From an uncultured Lachnospiraceae bacterium (GTDB lineage Bacteria; Bacillota; Clostridia; Lachnospirales; Lachnospiraceae): a stretch of DNA of 64,000 nt. Positions within the stretch are counted from its first letter, which is position 1; each line of letters starts with the position of its first letter. Below the pieces are notes generated by a model that had not been told where the DNA came from, ran no database searches, and was given only the letters and a program-made list of their open reading frames with translations. The stretch is from contig CACYPS010000036.1 of the NCBI GenBank assembly GCA_902776305.1, forward strand, positions 15,051 to 79,050, written 5' to 3'. A program made the position numbers and the translations under genes. This document shows, one piece after another, positions 47,036 to 57,114 of this stretch.

Positions 47036-48643
47036 ATGGTATATCGAAACGGGCAAGGTATATTAATGCCTCAGACACTATTAAAGAATAGTTACCTGAT
47101 AATTCGAATGGTCGGGTATGACGATCGCGGAGTGACATATCTGGGCGTGGATAATGCTACCTGGAGGGAGTATATAATTTATGAATTTGCGCCGTGGGAA
47201 ATCTCCAACAGGTGCGCTGACGGAAGCATTGATGTAAATCAGGATTCATACGAACTATATGTTTATATGAAAAAATGTTTTATGGACGAAGTGGTTACCG
47301 TAGCTTCTATAGATGACACCACGGTCACTGACGGAATTGTCGGGATTGTCGATTATTTTGAAGCCAATAATACAGCGTACGTTGTCATGGAGAAGCCTAC
47401 GGAAATGACTCTTGGCGAGCGTGTCCGGAATATGTCGAACATTATTGAACCTGCGGAGATTGTTAATAATTTAAACAATGTTGCAAGAGCTATTGCAAGC
47501 TTGAATACAAGAGGTTTTTTTCCGACAACTATCCATCCCGACGCAATTTTAAAAGGGATAGAAGGCTGCCGCCTTTTGTGTTGGGGAAATTTGCGCGTTT
47601 TGAATTATTCATCAGAGAATGAAGAAATGATAGCGATGTCTTTCAAAGCGCCTGAGAACAGGAAAGATATGGCGGTTGGGACTCCTGAAGGGTGTGTGTA
47701 TAGTCTTGCTGCTGTTCTTTACTATTGTATGTCCGGACTGTGTAATCCGGAACCGGTTTCCGAGTCAAAGAAGAAGTCTTATATATCTATGCGGGGTACG
47801 GTTAATTCGGTTACGAACTTGGTGGTTAAAAAGGCTCTCAGACAAAATCCGGAAAAACGTTACAAAGATATTGCCTCATTTTGGATAAACCTCAGTTCAG
47901 CGATATATCAGGGAACAGCGGAAGATTATGACGATGAAGAGCCGGATAACTGGAAGCGGGGGTTTATTGGCTTTAAGAAGAAACATAATCTTCAAAGCCA
48001 TTCAGAAGGAAAAAAAGGAAATAGAATACGCTGTATTGCTGCAGCCGGTGTTCTGATTTTATTCATCGTATCAGGTTTAAGTGTTGTTAGATGGTTAAGC
48101 GAGTCCTCGAATAATAAGGCCGGTAGTGATAATCTGACGGAGAGTTCACAGGTACAGGCTGCCGGCCAGAATGATATTTCCGGTACGTTTCTTCTTATTT
48201 CGGCAGAAGATGAAGCACTTGCGCTCTGTACGACGGAGACAGCTGTGAATCATAGCAAACTTACCCTTACTCAGGCCAATATAGATATCCCTGAACAAGG
48301 CATGCTATACGATATTTTTAAAGTTACCGAGGGAGATAAGAGCGGATATGTTTTGAGGTGCCATAATGAAGATTCCGAAGACAGGCTTACATCTGCTGAT
48401 TATGTTCTCTCGGTCAAGGATAAGTCCAGAGAGGATGGTGCCGCACTCTGTCAGAGAGAGTACAGGATTGGGGAGGATCAATTTTGGAACATTGTTGACT
48501 GTTCAGATGGCAAGTTATTTTATATTGAAAGTATTTACGGCACAGCGATAGATGGCGCCGATTATGAATTGGCAGGAGTAAGACTACGACACTATAAGGG
48601 CAATATTTCACAACAGTGGAAACTGATAAAAATAGCTGATTGA
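47036..48643 (+). CDS. Degenerate kinase-like domain, TM and ricin-B lectin domain (pseudokinase receptor)
   Basis: Kinase-like spacing but catalytic motifs replaced (YIIYEFAP, PTTIHPD, CWG); TM; DQFW and QQWKL ricin motifs. Confidence 0.7.
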   Translation: MVYRNGQGILMPQTLLKNSYLIIRMVGYDDRGVTYLGVDNATWREYIIYEFAPWEISNRCADGSIDVNQDSYELYVYMKKCFMDEVVTVASIDDTTVTDGIVGIVDYFEANNTAYVVMEKPTEMTLGERVRNMSNIIEPAEIVNNLNNVARAIASLNTRGFFPTTIHPDAILKGIEGCRLLCWGNLRVLNYSSENEEMIAMSFKAPENRKDMAVGTPEGCVYSLAAVLYYCMSGLCNPEPVSESKKKSYISMRGTVNSVTNLVVKKALRQNPEKRYKDIASFWINLSSAIYQGTAEDYDDEEPDNWKRGFIGFKKKHNLQSHSEGKKGNRIRCIAAAGVLILFIVSGLSVVRWLSESSNNKAGSDNLTESSQVQAAGQNDISGTFLLISAEDEALALCTTETAVNHSKLTLTQANIDIPEQGMLYDIFKVTEGDKSGYVLRCHNEDSEDRLTSADYVLSVKDKSREDGAALCQREYRIGEDQFWNIVDCSDGKLFYIESIYGTAIDGADYELAGVRLRHYKGNISQQWKLIKIAD

Positions 48644-48659
48644 TAGTGATGAAAAGCGT

Positions 48660-50903
48660 ATGAAACAGTTGATTTATACAGTTTTGAGGGGAATGTATCG
48701 CTTGATTACCAGTGAGGGAATCAAGCCATATTTCAAGAAGATTGATATTGTATTGGAACAGTGGCTGAAAGGGGTGTATTACCAATCTTTCGGAAGGATA
48801 AAAAAAAATCTGAAATATGGCATTTTGGCAGACTACAGTGTATCTGAATCCCTTAAGGCGAAACAAAAGCAGATTCAATGGGGGAAAGAAGAGCGGCTTG
48901 TGTCAGAATACAGGCCGATGGTCTCCATTGTCGTACCCGGCTATAATCATGCACGGTATTTGGAAAAACGTCTTCGAAGTATTTATCAGCAGACATATCA
49001 AAATTTCGAAGTGATTTTACTTGATGATGCGTCGACCGACAGAAGTGCTGAGATTATGCAGTCTTATGCCGACAGATATCCCGAACGCAGTCGTTTCTAT
49101 CCGCAGGAAACGCATGTAGGTGATATTTTCGGCCAGTGGGTAAAAGGGATCGAAAGAGCGAAAGGGGAGTTGATTTGGATTGCCGAAAGCGATGATTATT
49201 GCACGGATACTTTCCTTGAGAAAATGATTGAGGGGTTCAGATATGAATCTGTTCGGATTGCTTTTGCAAGGTGCGTGTTTGTACAGAATGGAGTTAAAAT
49301 TGGCTCGACAGAAGAGTACCTGAGAGAATTGCCGCTATTTGACTGGAGCCGTTCTTTTATAATGACAGCACATATGGCGGTTGCAAATGGGTTTGCGAAT
49401 TATAATCTCATTCCCAACGTTAGCAGTGCTGTTTTCAGAAGGCCTGTTATAAGTGCAGAGACAAAAAGCCTCTGCAAACGGATGAAACTATGCTTTGACT
49501 GGCTCTTTTATCTGGATATTATCAGAGGAGGAAGTATTTCTTATGTGCGAAGCACAACTGCCTTTTATCGTGTTCACAGGGACAGTACATCGCTGAAGAT
49601 ACAGAAGACAGAGCGATACTACAGAGAGCATGAAGCTGTCATGGGCTATATTGCCGGACATTATAGGGTACCCGATTCTGTTTTTACCGAGCACGCAGAT
49701 ATTTTGAACAGACATTACCAATCTTTTCACGGAATACAGCGGGATACGTTCAATCTTAAGAAGTATTACTCAGTTACAAAAATCAGAGAATTGACGAAGA
49801 ATAGAAAACTGACAATTCTTATGTGTATCTTTTCGTTCCAAACGGGAGGAGGAGAAATTTTTCCGATATATTTATCAAACGCTCTTTATGACTGCGGGAA
49901 TACAGTTACAGTTCTTGACTTCTGTGCAGGTGAAGAGGATTCAGAGATTAGGCAATTGCTTAAACCTGAAATACCTGTCGTGAAAATAAGGAATACTGAT
50001 GAGATGTACTGGATTATTGTGAAACTCGGAGCAGATATTATCCACACTCATCATGCATATACAGATGAAGCGATAGGCTGCTGGATGTTAAACCATGATT
50101 TTTTATGCAGACAGGTGATAACGCTTCACGGTATGTATGACCTTATGCCGGAAGATGTTTGCAGACGAGTTCTTGAAACGACGGGAATTTCCGCTTCCGC
50201 ATATTGTTATGTGGCGGACAAGAATCTGGAACCGTTCAGAAAGTTCGGATATCTCAGGCCTGATAATGAAAAACGTTTTATAAAAGTGCCAAATGGAGTT
50301 CCGGACCAAACATACGCATCGGTTTCTCGAAAAGAGCTGGGGATAATGCCGGAAGACTTTGTGATTACGGTCGCTAGCAGGGGGATTCCGGAGAAGGGCT
50401 GGCGAGAGTCGGTAGAAGCAGTAAAAAAAGCTGCTGACAGATGTTCAAGAAAAATAGTACTTATTATTCTCGGAGACGGTGAGATGCGAGATAATCTTGC
50501 GGCGGAGGCTTCCGAAAGGATTATCTTTATGGGAAATGTATCGAATGTGAGGGCATATTTTCACATTTCCGATGTAGGAATGCTGTTATCTACTTTTAAA
50601 GGGGAGAGTTATCCTTTATCTCTTTTGGAATGCCTTCGAGAAGGCAAACCGGTTATTGCCACAGATATCGGTGAGATAAGCAGAGAAATTATAGATGAAA
50701 ACGGTAAACCGGCCGGAATACTGATTCGGACCGATTGCTCTGAAACTATAATTAAAGATGCAGCGGATGCAATCTGCCTGCTTGCAGAAAATGAAGAAAT
50801 TTATGGGTGCTATCGAATGAGATGTGAGGGGGCATCCGGGAAAAGTGATATGCGGAGGGTTACTGAAACATATCAGGCAGTGTACAGAGATATATTGTCT
50901 TAG
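48660..50903 (+). CDS. Bifunctional GT2-GT4 glycosyltransferase
   Basis: VSIVVPGYNH..LLDDAS, WIAESDD, then GIPEKG and ESYPLSLLE. Confidence 0.87.
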   Translation: MKQLIYTVLRGMYRLITSEGIKPYFKKIDIVLEQWLKGVYYQSFGRIKKNLKYGILADYSVSESLKAKQKQIQWGKEERLVSEYRPMVSIVVPGYNHARYLEKRLRSIYQQTYQNFEVILLDDASTDRSAEIMQSYADRYPERSRFYPQETHVGDIFGQWVKGIERAKGELIWIAESDDYCTDTFLEKMIEGFRYESVRIAFARCVFVQNGVKIGSTEEYLRELPLFDWSRSFIMTAHMAVANGFANYNLIPNVSSAVFRRPVISAETKSLCKRMKLCFDWLFYLDIIRGGSISYVRSTTAFYRVHRDSTSLKIQKTERYYREHEAVMGYIAGHYRVPDSVFTEHADILNRHYQSFHGIQRDTFNLKKYYSVTKIRELTKNRKLTILMCIFSFQTGGGEIFPIYLSNALYDCGNTVTVLDFCAGEEDSEIRQLLKPEIPVVKIRNTDEMYWIIVKLGADIIHTHHAYTDEAIGCWMLNHDFLCRQVITLHGMYDLMPEDVCRRVLETTGISASAYCYVADKNLEPFRKFGYLRPDNEKRFIKVPNGVPDQTYASVSRKELGIMPEDFVITVASRGIPEKGWRESVEAVKKAADRCSRKIVLIILGDGEMRDNLAAEASERIIFMGNVSNVRAYFHISDVGMLLSTFKGESYPLSLLECLREGKPVIATDIGEISREIIDENGKPAGILIRTDCSETIIKDAADAICLLAENEEIYGCYRMRCEGASGKSDMRRVTETYQAVYRDILS

Positions 50904-50918
50904 GGAAAGGAAAAGTGA

Positions 50919-51704
50919 ATGCTACAGGAGACAGGTATAATTATCTCTTTAATATGGGATCTGGCAGGTAATGATTTTAAGACGAAATATGCCGGATCTT
51001 TTCTGGGAATTATATGGTCCTTCATTCAGCCGCTTATTACTATTCTTGTTTATTGGATTGTTTTTCAATATGGTCTTAAGGTCTCAATTGAGAATACAGA
51101 TGTGCCATACGTTCTTTGGTTCATGTCCGGAATGATACCATGGCTATATTTTGCCGATTGTGTTGGAAACGGCGTGAATTGTCTGAAAGAATACAATTAC
51201 CTGGTAAAAAAGATATTGTTTCCAGTTGAGATTCTTCCTATGGTGAAACTTGTTTCATCGTCTTTTGTTCATGTAGTATTTCTGGTTTTTCTCTCCGTCT
51301 TGTGCATGATTTACAATCTCTTTTTCGGAATCCAATTATTTCAGCTTATTTATTTTGCAGTCTGTCTGTCTATAGTTAATTACATATGGTTGATGTTTTC
51401 TTCGAGCATTATGGTATTTTTTAAGGATTTCGGTCAGGTTATTCAGATTGTTCTGCAAGTTGGAATGTGGGTAACGCCAATTCTGTGGGATTACCACAGA
51501 GTTCCGGGAAAATATCGTTGGATTCTGGAGTTGAACCCTTTGTTTTACATAGTAGAGGGGTATAGAGGAAGTTTTCTGGGTAGTTCGGGTGTCTACCCTT
51601 CTGCATTCAGGTTCTGGTATTTCTGGATCAGTACATTTATTATGCTTATCCTCTCAATATGTGTATTCAGAAAACTCAAGAAGCATTTTGCCGATGTCTT
51701 GTGA
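50919..51704 (+). CDS. wzm: ABC-2 glycan exporter permease
   Basis: DFKTKYAGSFLGIIWSFIQP, WVTPILW, NPLFYIVEGYR. Confidence 0.9.
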   Translation: MLQETGIIISLIWDLAGNDFKTKYAGSFLGIIWSFIQPLITILVYWIVFQYGLKVSIENTDVPYVLWFMSGMIPWLYFADCVGNGVNCLKEYNYLVKKILFPVEILPMVKLVSSSFVHVVFLVFLSVLCMIYNLFFGIQLFQLIYFAVCLSIVNYIWLMFSSSIMVFFKDFGQVIQIVLQVGMWVTPILWDYHRVPGKYRWILELNPLFYIVEGYRGSFLGSSGVYPSAFRFWYFWISTFIMLILSICVFRKLKKHFADVL

Positions 51705-51728
51705 AATACGAAGGGATGGCATAAAACA

Positions 51729-53036
51729 ATGATTACGGAGACATATCAGCCAATTATTGAAGTTAAACAACTTACGAAAATCTATAATCTTTATGATCGT
51801 CCGCAGGATCGGTTCATAGAGACATTTTCGCGGAAAAAGCTGCATCGTGACAGATATGTGCTGAAAGATATCAGTTTTGATGTTCGCCGTGGTGAGTCGG
51901 TCGGAATTATAGGGACGAACGGATCGGGAAAGTCTACCTTACTTAAAATTCTGACCGGTGTGCTGAGTTCTACAGAAGGAAGCGTTACGGTTCGGGGCAA
52001 GGTATCTGCGTTGCTTGAATTGGGTGCAGGATTTAATCCGGATTATACAGGTGTAGAAAATGTTTATCTGAACGGACGGATGATGCGCTTTACACGGAGT
52101 GAGATGGATGGAAAAATGGATGCTATCCTCTCGTTCGCTGATATTGGTGAATATGCTTATCAGCCTGTCAAAACATATTCAAGCGGGATGTTTGCAAGGT
52201 TAGCATTTGCTGTTGCAATAAATGTAGATGCAGATATCCTGATAGTTGATGAAGCGCTTAGCGTTGGGGATATCTTTTTCCAAAATAAGTGTTTCAGAAA
52301 ATTCGATGAATTGAGAAAAAAGGGAACGACGATTATATTTGTTTCCCACGACATAGAAAGTATCCGTAAGATGACATCAAGGGTTCTCTGGATTGAGCAG
52401 GGGACACAGATGCTTTTTGGAGATAAGATGGAGGTATGCAATGCATACGCGAGAAGCCTTCTTCTGAAGAATAATCGTATGGCCTCTCGTGAAATTGGTG
52501 CAAAAGAATACTATCCGACAGAGAAGTTCAATTTGACCCACTATCCGGGAATTCTTCAGAATAATCAGAACCTTCTGAGTGACGATGTGATTATTCGGGC
52601 ATGCTATTTTGAGAATGAAGAAGGAGATGCGGAGTATGATATCTATTCCGGCAGAAACTACAAGCTTGTAATAATTTTCGAATCCCGAATTGAAATGAAG
52701 GAATGTATTGTAGGATATGTTATTCAGAACAGGAAAGGGGAGGCTGTTATTAACAGTAACACACTTATAGCAGACCGCCACCGCAACTTTTATTGTCATG
52801 CCAACACAATGAACAGGGTAGAATTCTGTATGAGATTTCCGGAAATGTATGCAGACGAATACATCGTAGATTGTGCAGTTGCCAACGGAAAGTCGGTTAT
52901 GGACAATGAGATGAAGACCTGGTGTTACGGCGCTCTTCGTTTCTTTAATCACAATGAAAATGTTTGTCTTGCTATGCTCGGTCTGGACAGTAAGATAAAT
53001 ATTTATGAAATGACTCTGGGAGTGGATCATGCATAG
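51729..53036 (+). CDS. wzt: ABC glycan exporter ATPase with C-terminal Wzt_C carbohydrate-binding domain
   Basis: GTNGSGKST, YSSGM, IVDEALSVGD; about 180-aa C-terminal extension. Confidence 0.9.
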   Translation: MITETYQPIIEVKQLTKIYNLYDRPQDRFIETFSRKKLHRDRYVLKDISFDVRRGESVGIIGTNGSGKSTLLKILTGVLSSTEGSVTVRGKVSALLELGAGFNPDYTGVENVYLNGRMMRFTRSEMDGKMDAILSFADIGEYAYQPVKTYSSGMFARLAFAVAINVDADILIVDEALSVGDIFFQNKCFRKFDELRKKGTTIIFVSHDIESIRKMTSRVLWIEQGTQMLFGDKMEVCNAYARSLLLKNNRMASREIGAKEYYPTEKFNLTHYPGILQNNQNLLSDDVIIRACYFENEEGDAEYDIYSGRNYKLVIIFESRIEMKECIVGYVIQNRKGEAVINSNTLIADRHRNFYCHANTMNRVEFCMRFPEMYADEYIVDCAVANGKSVMDNEMKTWCYGALRFFNHNENVCLAMLGLDSKINIYEMTLGVDHA

Positions 53037-56000
53037 ATATGATATAAAATTAAACGAAGAAATACCGGATGTTCTGAATATGATGTATGACACCATAAGG
53101 AGACAGAGCACTGTACTGGAGATTGGATGCGGTAATGGAAGGCTGACGCGCCGGTTAAAAGCAAAAGGATGCAGAGTCAGTATTATTGAAAAGGACCCGG
53201 TTCTTTTTGAAATAGCAACAAAGTATGCGGAAGATGGATTCTGCGGTGACGCTGTAGAGATTGTTCCGGCTCAGCTGGAAGACAGGAGATATGATTACAT
53301 AGTATTTGCAGATGTATTGGAACATTTGGCAGAACCGGAAAAGATGCTGGTTTCGGTCAGGTCTCTTTTATCGGATGGCGGTCGGGTTCTCATATCTTTA
53401 CCTAACTTTGCGCATAATGATATTTTGCTTCGTCTATATGACGGAACACTCTCTTACACCGACACCGGACTTATGGACCGGACGCATCTTCGCGTTTTTA
53501 CTTATGAAATTGCGAAGCGAATGTTTGAGACAGCGGGATACTTTATTGTTCAGCAGGACTGTGTTAGCCGGATGACCGGATGCACTGAGCAGTTGATCGG
53601 TCACGAGTATCCTATAACAGATTTCCTTCGTTCTCTGGAAGAGCGCAAGTATGGGAATGTTTATCAATACTATTTTGTGCTGACAATAGAGGAATCAGAT
53701 ACCGAACTTCTGGATCAGTCTGATGAACATGCCGATATAATAGAGAGAAGGATTTTCTTTGACAGAGGGGACGGATATTCAGAAGAAAGCAGGATATCTG
53801 TTTATGCAAGGAAGAGTGATCTTTTTTTTGATGTCAGAGTAGATGTGCCTGATGGGGTCAAGACTGTGCGTTTTGACCCTGTTATGAATATGCCTTGTGC
53901 AATCAGTAACCTCAGAGTCGCAAGTAATAACAGGTATCTTCAGATTTCATCGGAGAGAGTAGAAGGAGATAGGGTAGTTCTCAGAACGATGCACCCTTCG
54001 ATTTATATTACAGATCTTGAGGATGTGCATTGGATAGCTATCAGCGGAGAAATAGAGTATGATTACAATTATCTTTCAGAAAGCCGGGTATGTTTTCTTG
54101 AGAAGAGATTAATTGAGACATCTCGACGGGAAGATAGGCTTGAAGAAGAAATAAGACAGCTTACCGAGGCAACCGAAGCCCTTCGAAAAGAACATGAAAA
54201 ATGTGAAAAGGAATGGCATATAGAAGCAGACAAGCAGGATCTAAGATGGAGGGAAGAGCTAAAAAAACGGGAGACTGAGTGGAAGAAAGAACTCCTTAAA
54301 CAGGAAGATTTGTGGCTCGCTGAAAAAGAGAAACAGGTAACAGCCTGGAAAAGTGAGCTGAAGAAGGCTCGCAGTTTACATCAAAAGCAGACAGAAGAGC
54401 TGCAACAGCTGGTTTCAAGCGGTAATATTGAAAGAGACCGACTGAAAGAGGAACTTAAAAAAGGAGAAGATATCAAAGAGAAGCTTTCAGCCGAAATAGC
54501 CGAAATGATTGAATATAGAGAGAAGCAGAAACTATATATCACAAGGCTTGAAGAGTCGATTGCAGAGGAACAGACAGCAAGGAAAATACTTGCCGATAGG
54601 TCTGAGAGCAAAATAGAAGAACTTGAGAAGCATATAAGAGAAAAAGAAGATGATATTACAACTGCGTTTGAAGATAATGCACAGTTAAAAACGAATCTTG
54701 AAGCTGTCTCGGAAGAAAATGGGAATTTAAAAACACAGATTGCCGAACTTCAGTATTTAATCGAGCAGGAGAGACAGGATACTTCTGCCAAGATGAATAT
54801 CATGGAGGAAGAATTAGCGAGAGTCCGTGAAGTGTCAGAGGCCAGAGACGCTAATATTCAGCACTTGCAAAGAGTCAAGACAGAATGCAACCGGCAGATT
54901 GAGGAGCTCAGAAGATTAATCAGTGTTTATGAGAATTCAACATCGTGGCGTGTGACGGAGCCGTTTCGTCGGATCATGATGAAGCTACGCGGAATTTGCC
55001 GGCCCGAGAGACCCGCGTTGACTGTTTTAACGAAAACTGCAGGGTTGATTTCTGAAAAAAGCGGGATGACCGGCAACATGAGCGCTGATACTTGGGATTA
55101 TGATATTGTTCGATACGAATACAGACCGCTGGTCACCGTTATTGTTCCGAATTATAATCACGGACGATTTCTCCGTGAACGATTGGAATCTATATATTGT
55201 CAGACATATGAGAATACGGAAGTTATTCTGCTGGATGACTGTTCGACCGATGACAGTAAACAGATATTAACGGAGTATGCGCATAGGTATCCTGAAAAAA
55301 CCCGATGTTTTTTCAATGACAGAAACAGCGGAAAGATAATGATGCAGTGGAATCTCGGCATCACACAGGCATCGGGAGAACTCATATGGATTGCTGAAAG
55401 TGATGATTTTTCTGAAAGAGACTTTCTTGAAATAATGGTAGGACTTATGGCAAGGGAGTCAGTACAGCTCGCTTTTTGCAGGAGCGATTTCGTTCAGGAT
55501 GGCCGCAAGATATGGGACACAGAACAATACCTTGCGGATATATCATGCATAAATTGGGATTGTGATTTTGTTATGACTGCAGATGAAATCATGTCCAAAG
55601 CATTTTCTGTAAAAAATATTATTCCTAACGTCAGCAGTGCTGTTTTCAGGAATATCGGAGGAATCAGTGATGATTTCCGCAAAAAAACTGAAAATATGAA
55701 GCTTAGCAGTGACTGGATGTTTTATCTGGAACTGATTCGGGGAGGTACAATAGCTTATACTCGGAAAGTAACGAACTTTTACAGGGTTCATGAGGATAGC
55801 ACCTCTTTGAGGATTCAACAGACGCCTGCTTACTATGAAGAGTATGAAGCTGTGCTGCAATATATGGTAACTCTGTATGATGTGCCGGAAGAAAATTTTG
55901 AAAAAGTACGCAATACACTTAAAGAACACTACAGAGCGATACATAAGACAGCGGATGCAGAAAAGGTGGATGAGTATTTTTCAATAGAAAGAATTAAAAA

Positions 56001-57114
56001 ACGGGCAAAAGAAAGAGCACTGCATGTTATTATGACCAGCTTTTCTATGCAGCCCGGTGGCGGTGAGATGTATGCAATCTATCTCGCCAATGAAATGCGT
56101 CGCCAGGGACTTACAGTTACGTTACTCAATCTAAACATCGAGAGATATGTGGAAGAGATACGGAATCATCTTTATCCGACAGTACCGCTGGTGAACGTCA
56201 GGTCAACAGACGATCTCTATCATATTCTTTACCGAATCGGGGGAGATATTATTCATACACATCATGGTTCTTCCGATCAGATGATAGCATGCTGGCTTGC
56301 CGGCCATAATAATCTTCCTATGAAGCATGTAATAACGCTACACGGGATGTATGAAATGATGTCGGATGATATTTTTGTCAGGACCGTAAGAGATGTTGAT
56401 TCGGTATGCAGAAAATATATTTACATTGCCGATAAAAATTTGGAACCGTTCAAGCAGCATAAATACTATAACGCATCAAAGTTTGTTAAAATCACTAACG
56501 GCCTGCCGAAGGTTAAGATAAGAAAGCTGGAACGATCTGAATTTGGTCTTCTCGAATCAGATTTTGTAGTTGTCCTTGCCAGCCGAGGTATACCTGAAAA
56601 AGGTTGGTTGGAAGCTGTTGAAGCAGTTAAAATTGCCAATGCATCCATAGGGCGTCGGATTTGCCTGCTGATTCTGGGAGACGGGGAGATGAAGAATGTT
56701 CTTCAACATGAAGCTTCGGAGACAATACGATTTTTGGGAGTTCGTTCCGATGTAAGGGATTTCTATGCAATGGCTGATGTGGGTCTTGTACCGACCTGGT
56801 TCAAGGGGGAGAGTTGCCCGCTGGTTATTATTGAATGCCTGCAGAGCGGAACGCCTGTCATTGCCACGGACATAGCGGAAGTTCGGAATATGCTTTCAGA
56901 TGAGCAAGGAGAATTAGCCGGAAAGCTTCTTGACTTAAGAGCCGGTAAGACTGATCCCGTACAGATAGCTGCTATCATGAGAGAACTCGCGGTTAACAGA
57001 CGGGATTATCAGATAATCAGTGAACGGGTCAGGGGAGCCGCCCGTAAGTTTAATATTGAAGAGATTGTCTTGCAATATCAGAAAGTGTATGAGGAAGTTC
57101 TGACCAATGAGTAG
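53029..57114 (+). CDS. SAM methyltransferase, coiled coil, GT2 and GT4 multidomain glycan polymerase/terminator
   Basis: VLEIGCGNG, DVLEHL, GLMDRTHLR; about 280-aa coiled coil ending STSWRVTEPFR; GT2-GT4 paralogous to the 48660 gene. Confidence 0.85.
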   Translation: MHRYDIKLNEEIPDVLNMMYDTIRRQSTVLEIGCGNGRLTRRLKAKGCRVSIIEKDPVLFEIATKYAEDGFCGDAVEIVPAQLEDRRYDYIVFADVLEHLAEPEKMLVSVRSLLSDGGRVLISLPNFAHNDILLRLYDGTLSYTDTGLMDRTHLRVFTYEIAKRMFETAGYFIVQQDCVSRMTGCTEQLIGHEYPITDFLRSLEERKYGNVYQYYFVLTIEESDTELLDQSDEHADIIERRIFFDRGDGYSEESRISVYARKSDLFFDVRVDVPDGVKTVRFDPVMNMPCAISNLRVASNNRYLQISSERVEGDRVVLRTMHPSIYITDLEDVHWIAISGEIEYDYNYLSESRVCFLEKRLIETSRREDRLEEEIRQLTEATEALRKEHEKCEKEWHIEADKQDLRWREELKKRETEWKKELLKQEDLWLAEKEKQVTAWKSELKKARSLHQKQTEELQQLVSSGNIERDRLKEELKKGEDIKEKLSAEIAEMIEYREKQKLYITRLEESIAEEQTARKILADRSESKIEELEKHIREKEDDITTAFEDNAQLKTNLEAVSEENGNLKTQIAELQYLIEQERQDTSAKMNIMEEELARVREVSEARDANIQHLQRVKTECNRQIEELRRLISVYENSTSWRVTEPFRRIMMKLRGICRPERPALTVLTKTAGLISEKSGMTGNMSADTWDYDIVRYEYRPLVTVIVPNYNHGRFLRERLESIYCQTYENTEVILLDDCSTDDSKQILTEYAHRYPEKTRCFFNDRNSGKIMMQWNLGITQASGELIWIAESDDFSERDFLEIMVGLMARESVQLAFCRSDFVQDGRKIWDTEQYLADISCINWDCDFVMTADEIMSKAFSVKNIIPNVSSAVFRNIGGISDDFRKKTENMKLSSDWMFYLELIRGGTIAYTRKVTNFYRVHEDSTSLRIQQTPAYYEEYEAVLQYMVTLYDVPEENFEKVRNTLKEHYRAIHKTADAEKVDEYFSIERIKKRAKERALHVIMTSFSMQPGGGEMYAIYLANEMRRQGLTVTLLNLNIERYVEEIRNHLYPTVPLVNVRSTDDLYHILYRIGGDIIHTHHGSSDQMIACWLAGHNNLPMKHVITLHGMYEMMSDDIFVRTVRDVDSVCRKYIYIADKNLEPFKQHKYYNASKFVKITNGLPKVKIRKLERSEFGLLESDFVVVLASRGIPEKGWLEAVEAVKIANASIGRRICLLILGDGEMKNVLQHEASETIRFLGVRSDVRDFYAMADVGLVPTWFKGESCPLVIIECLQSGTPVIATDIAEVRNMLSDEQGELAGKLLDLRAGKTDPVQIAAIMRELAVNRRDYQIISERVRGAARKFNIEEIVLQYQKVYEEVLTNE

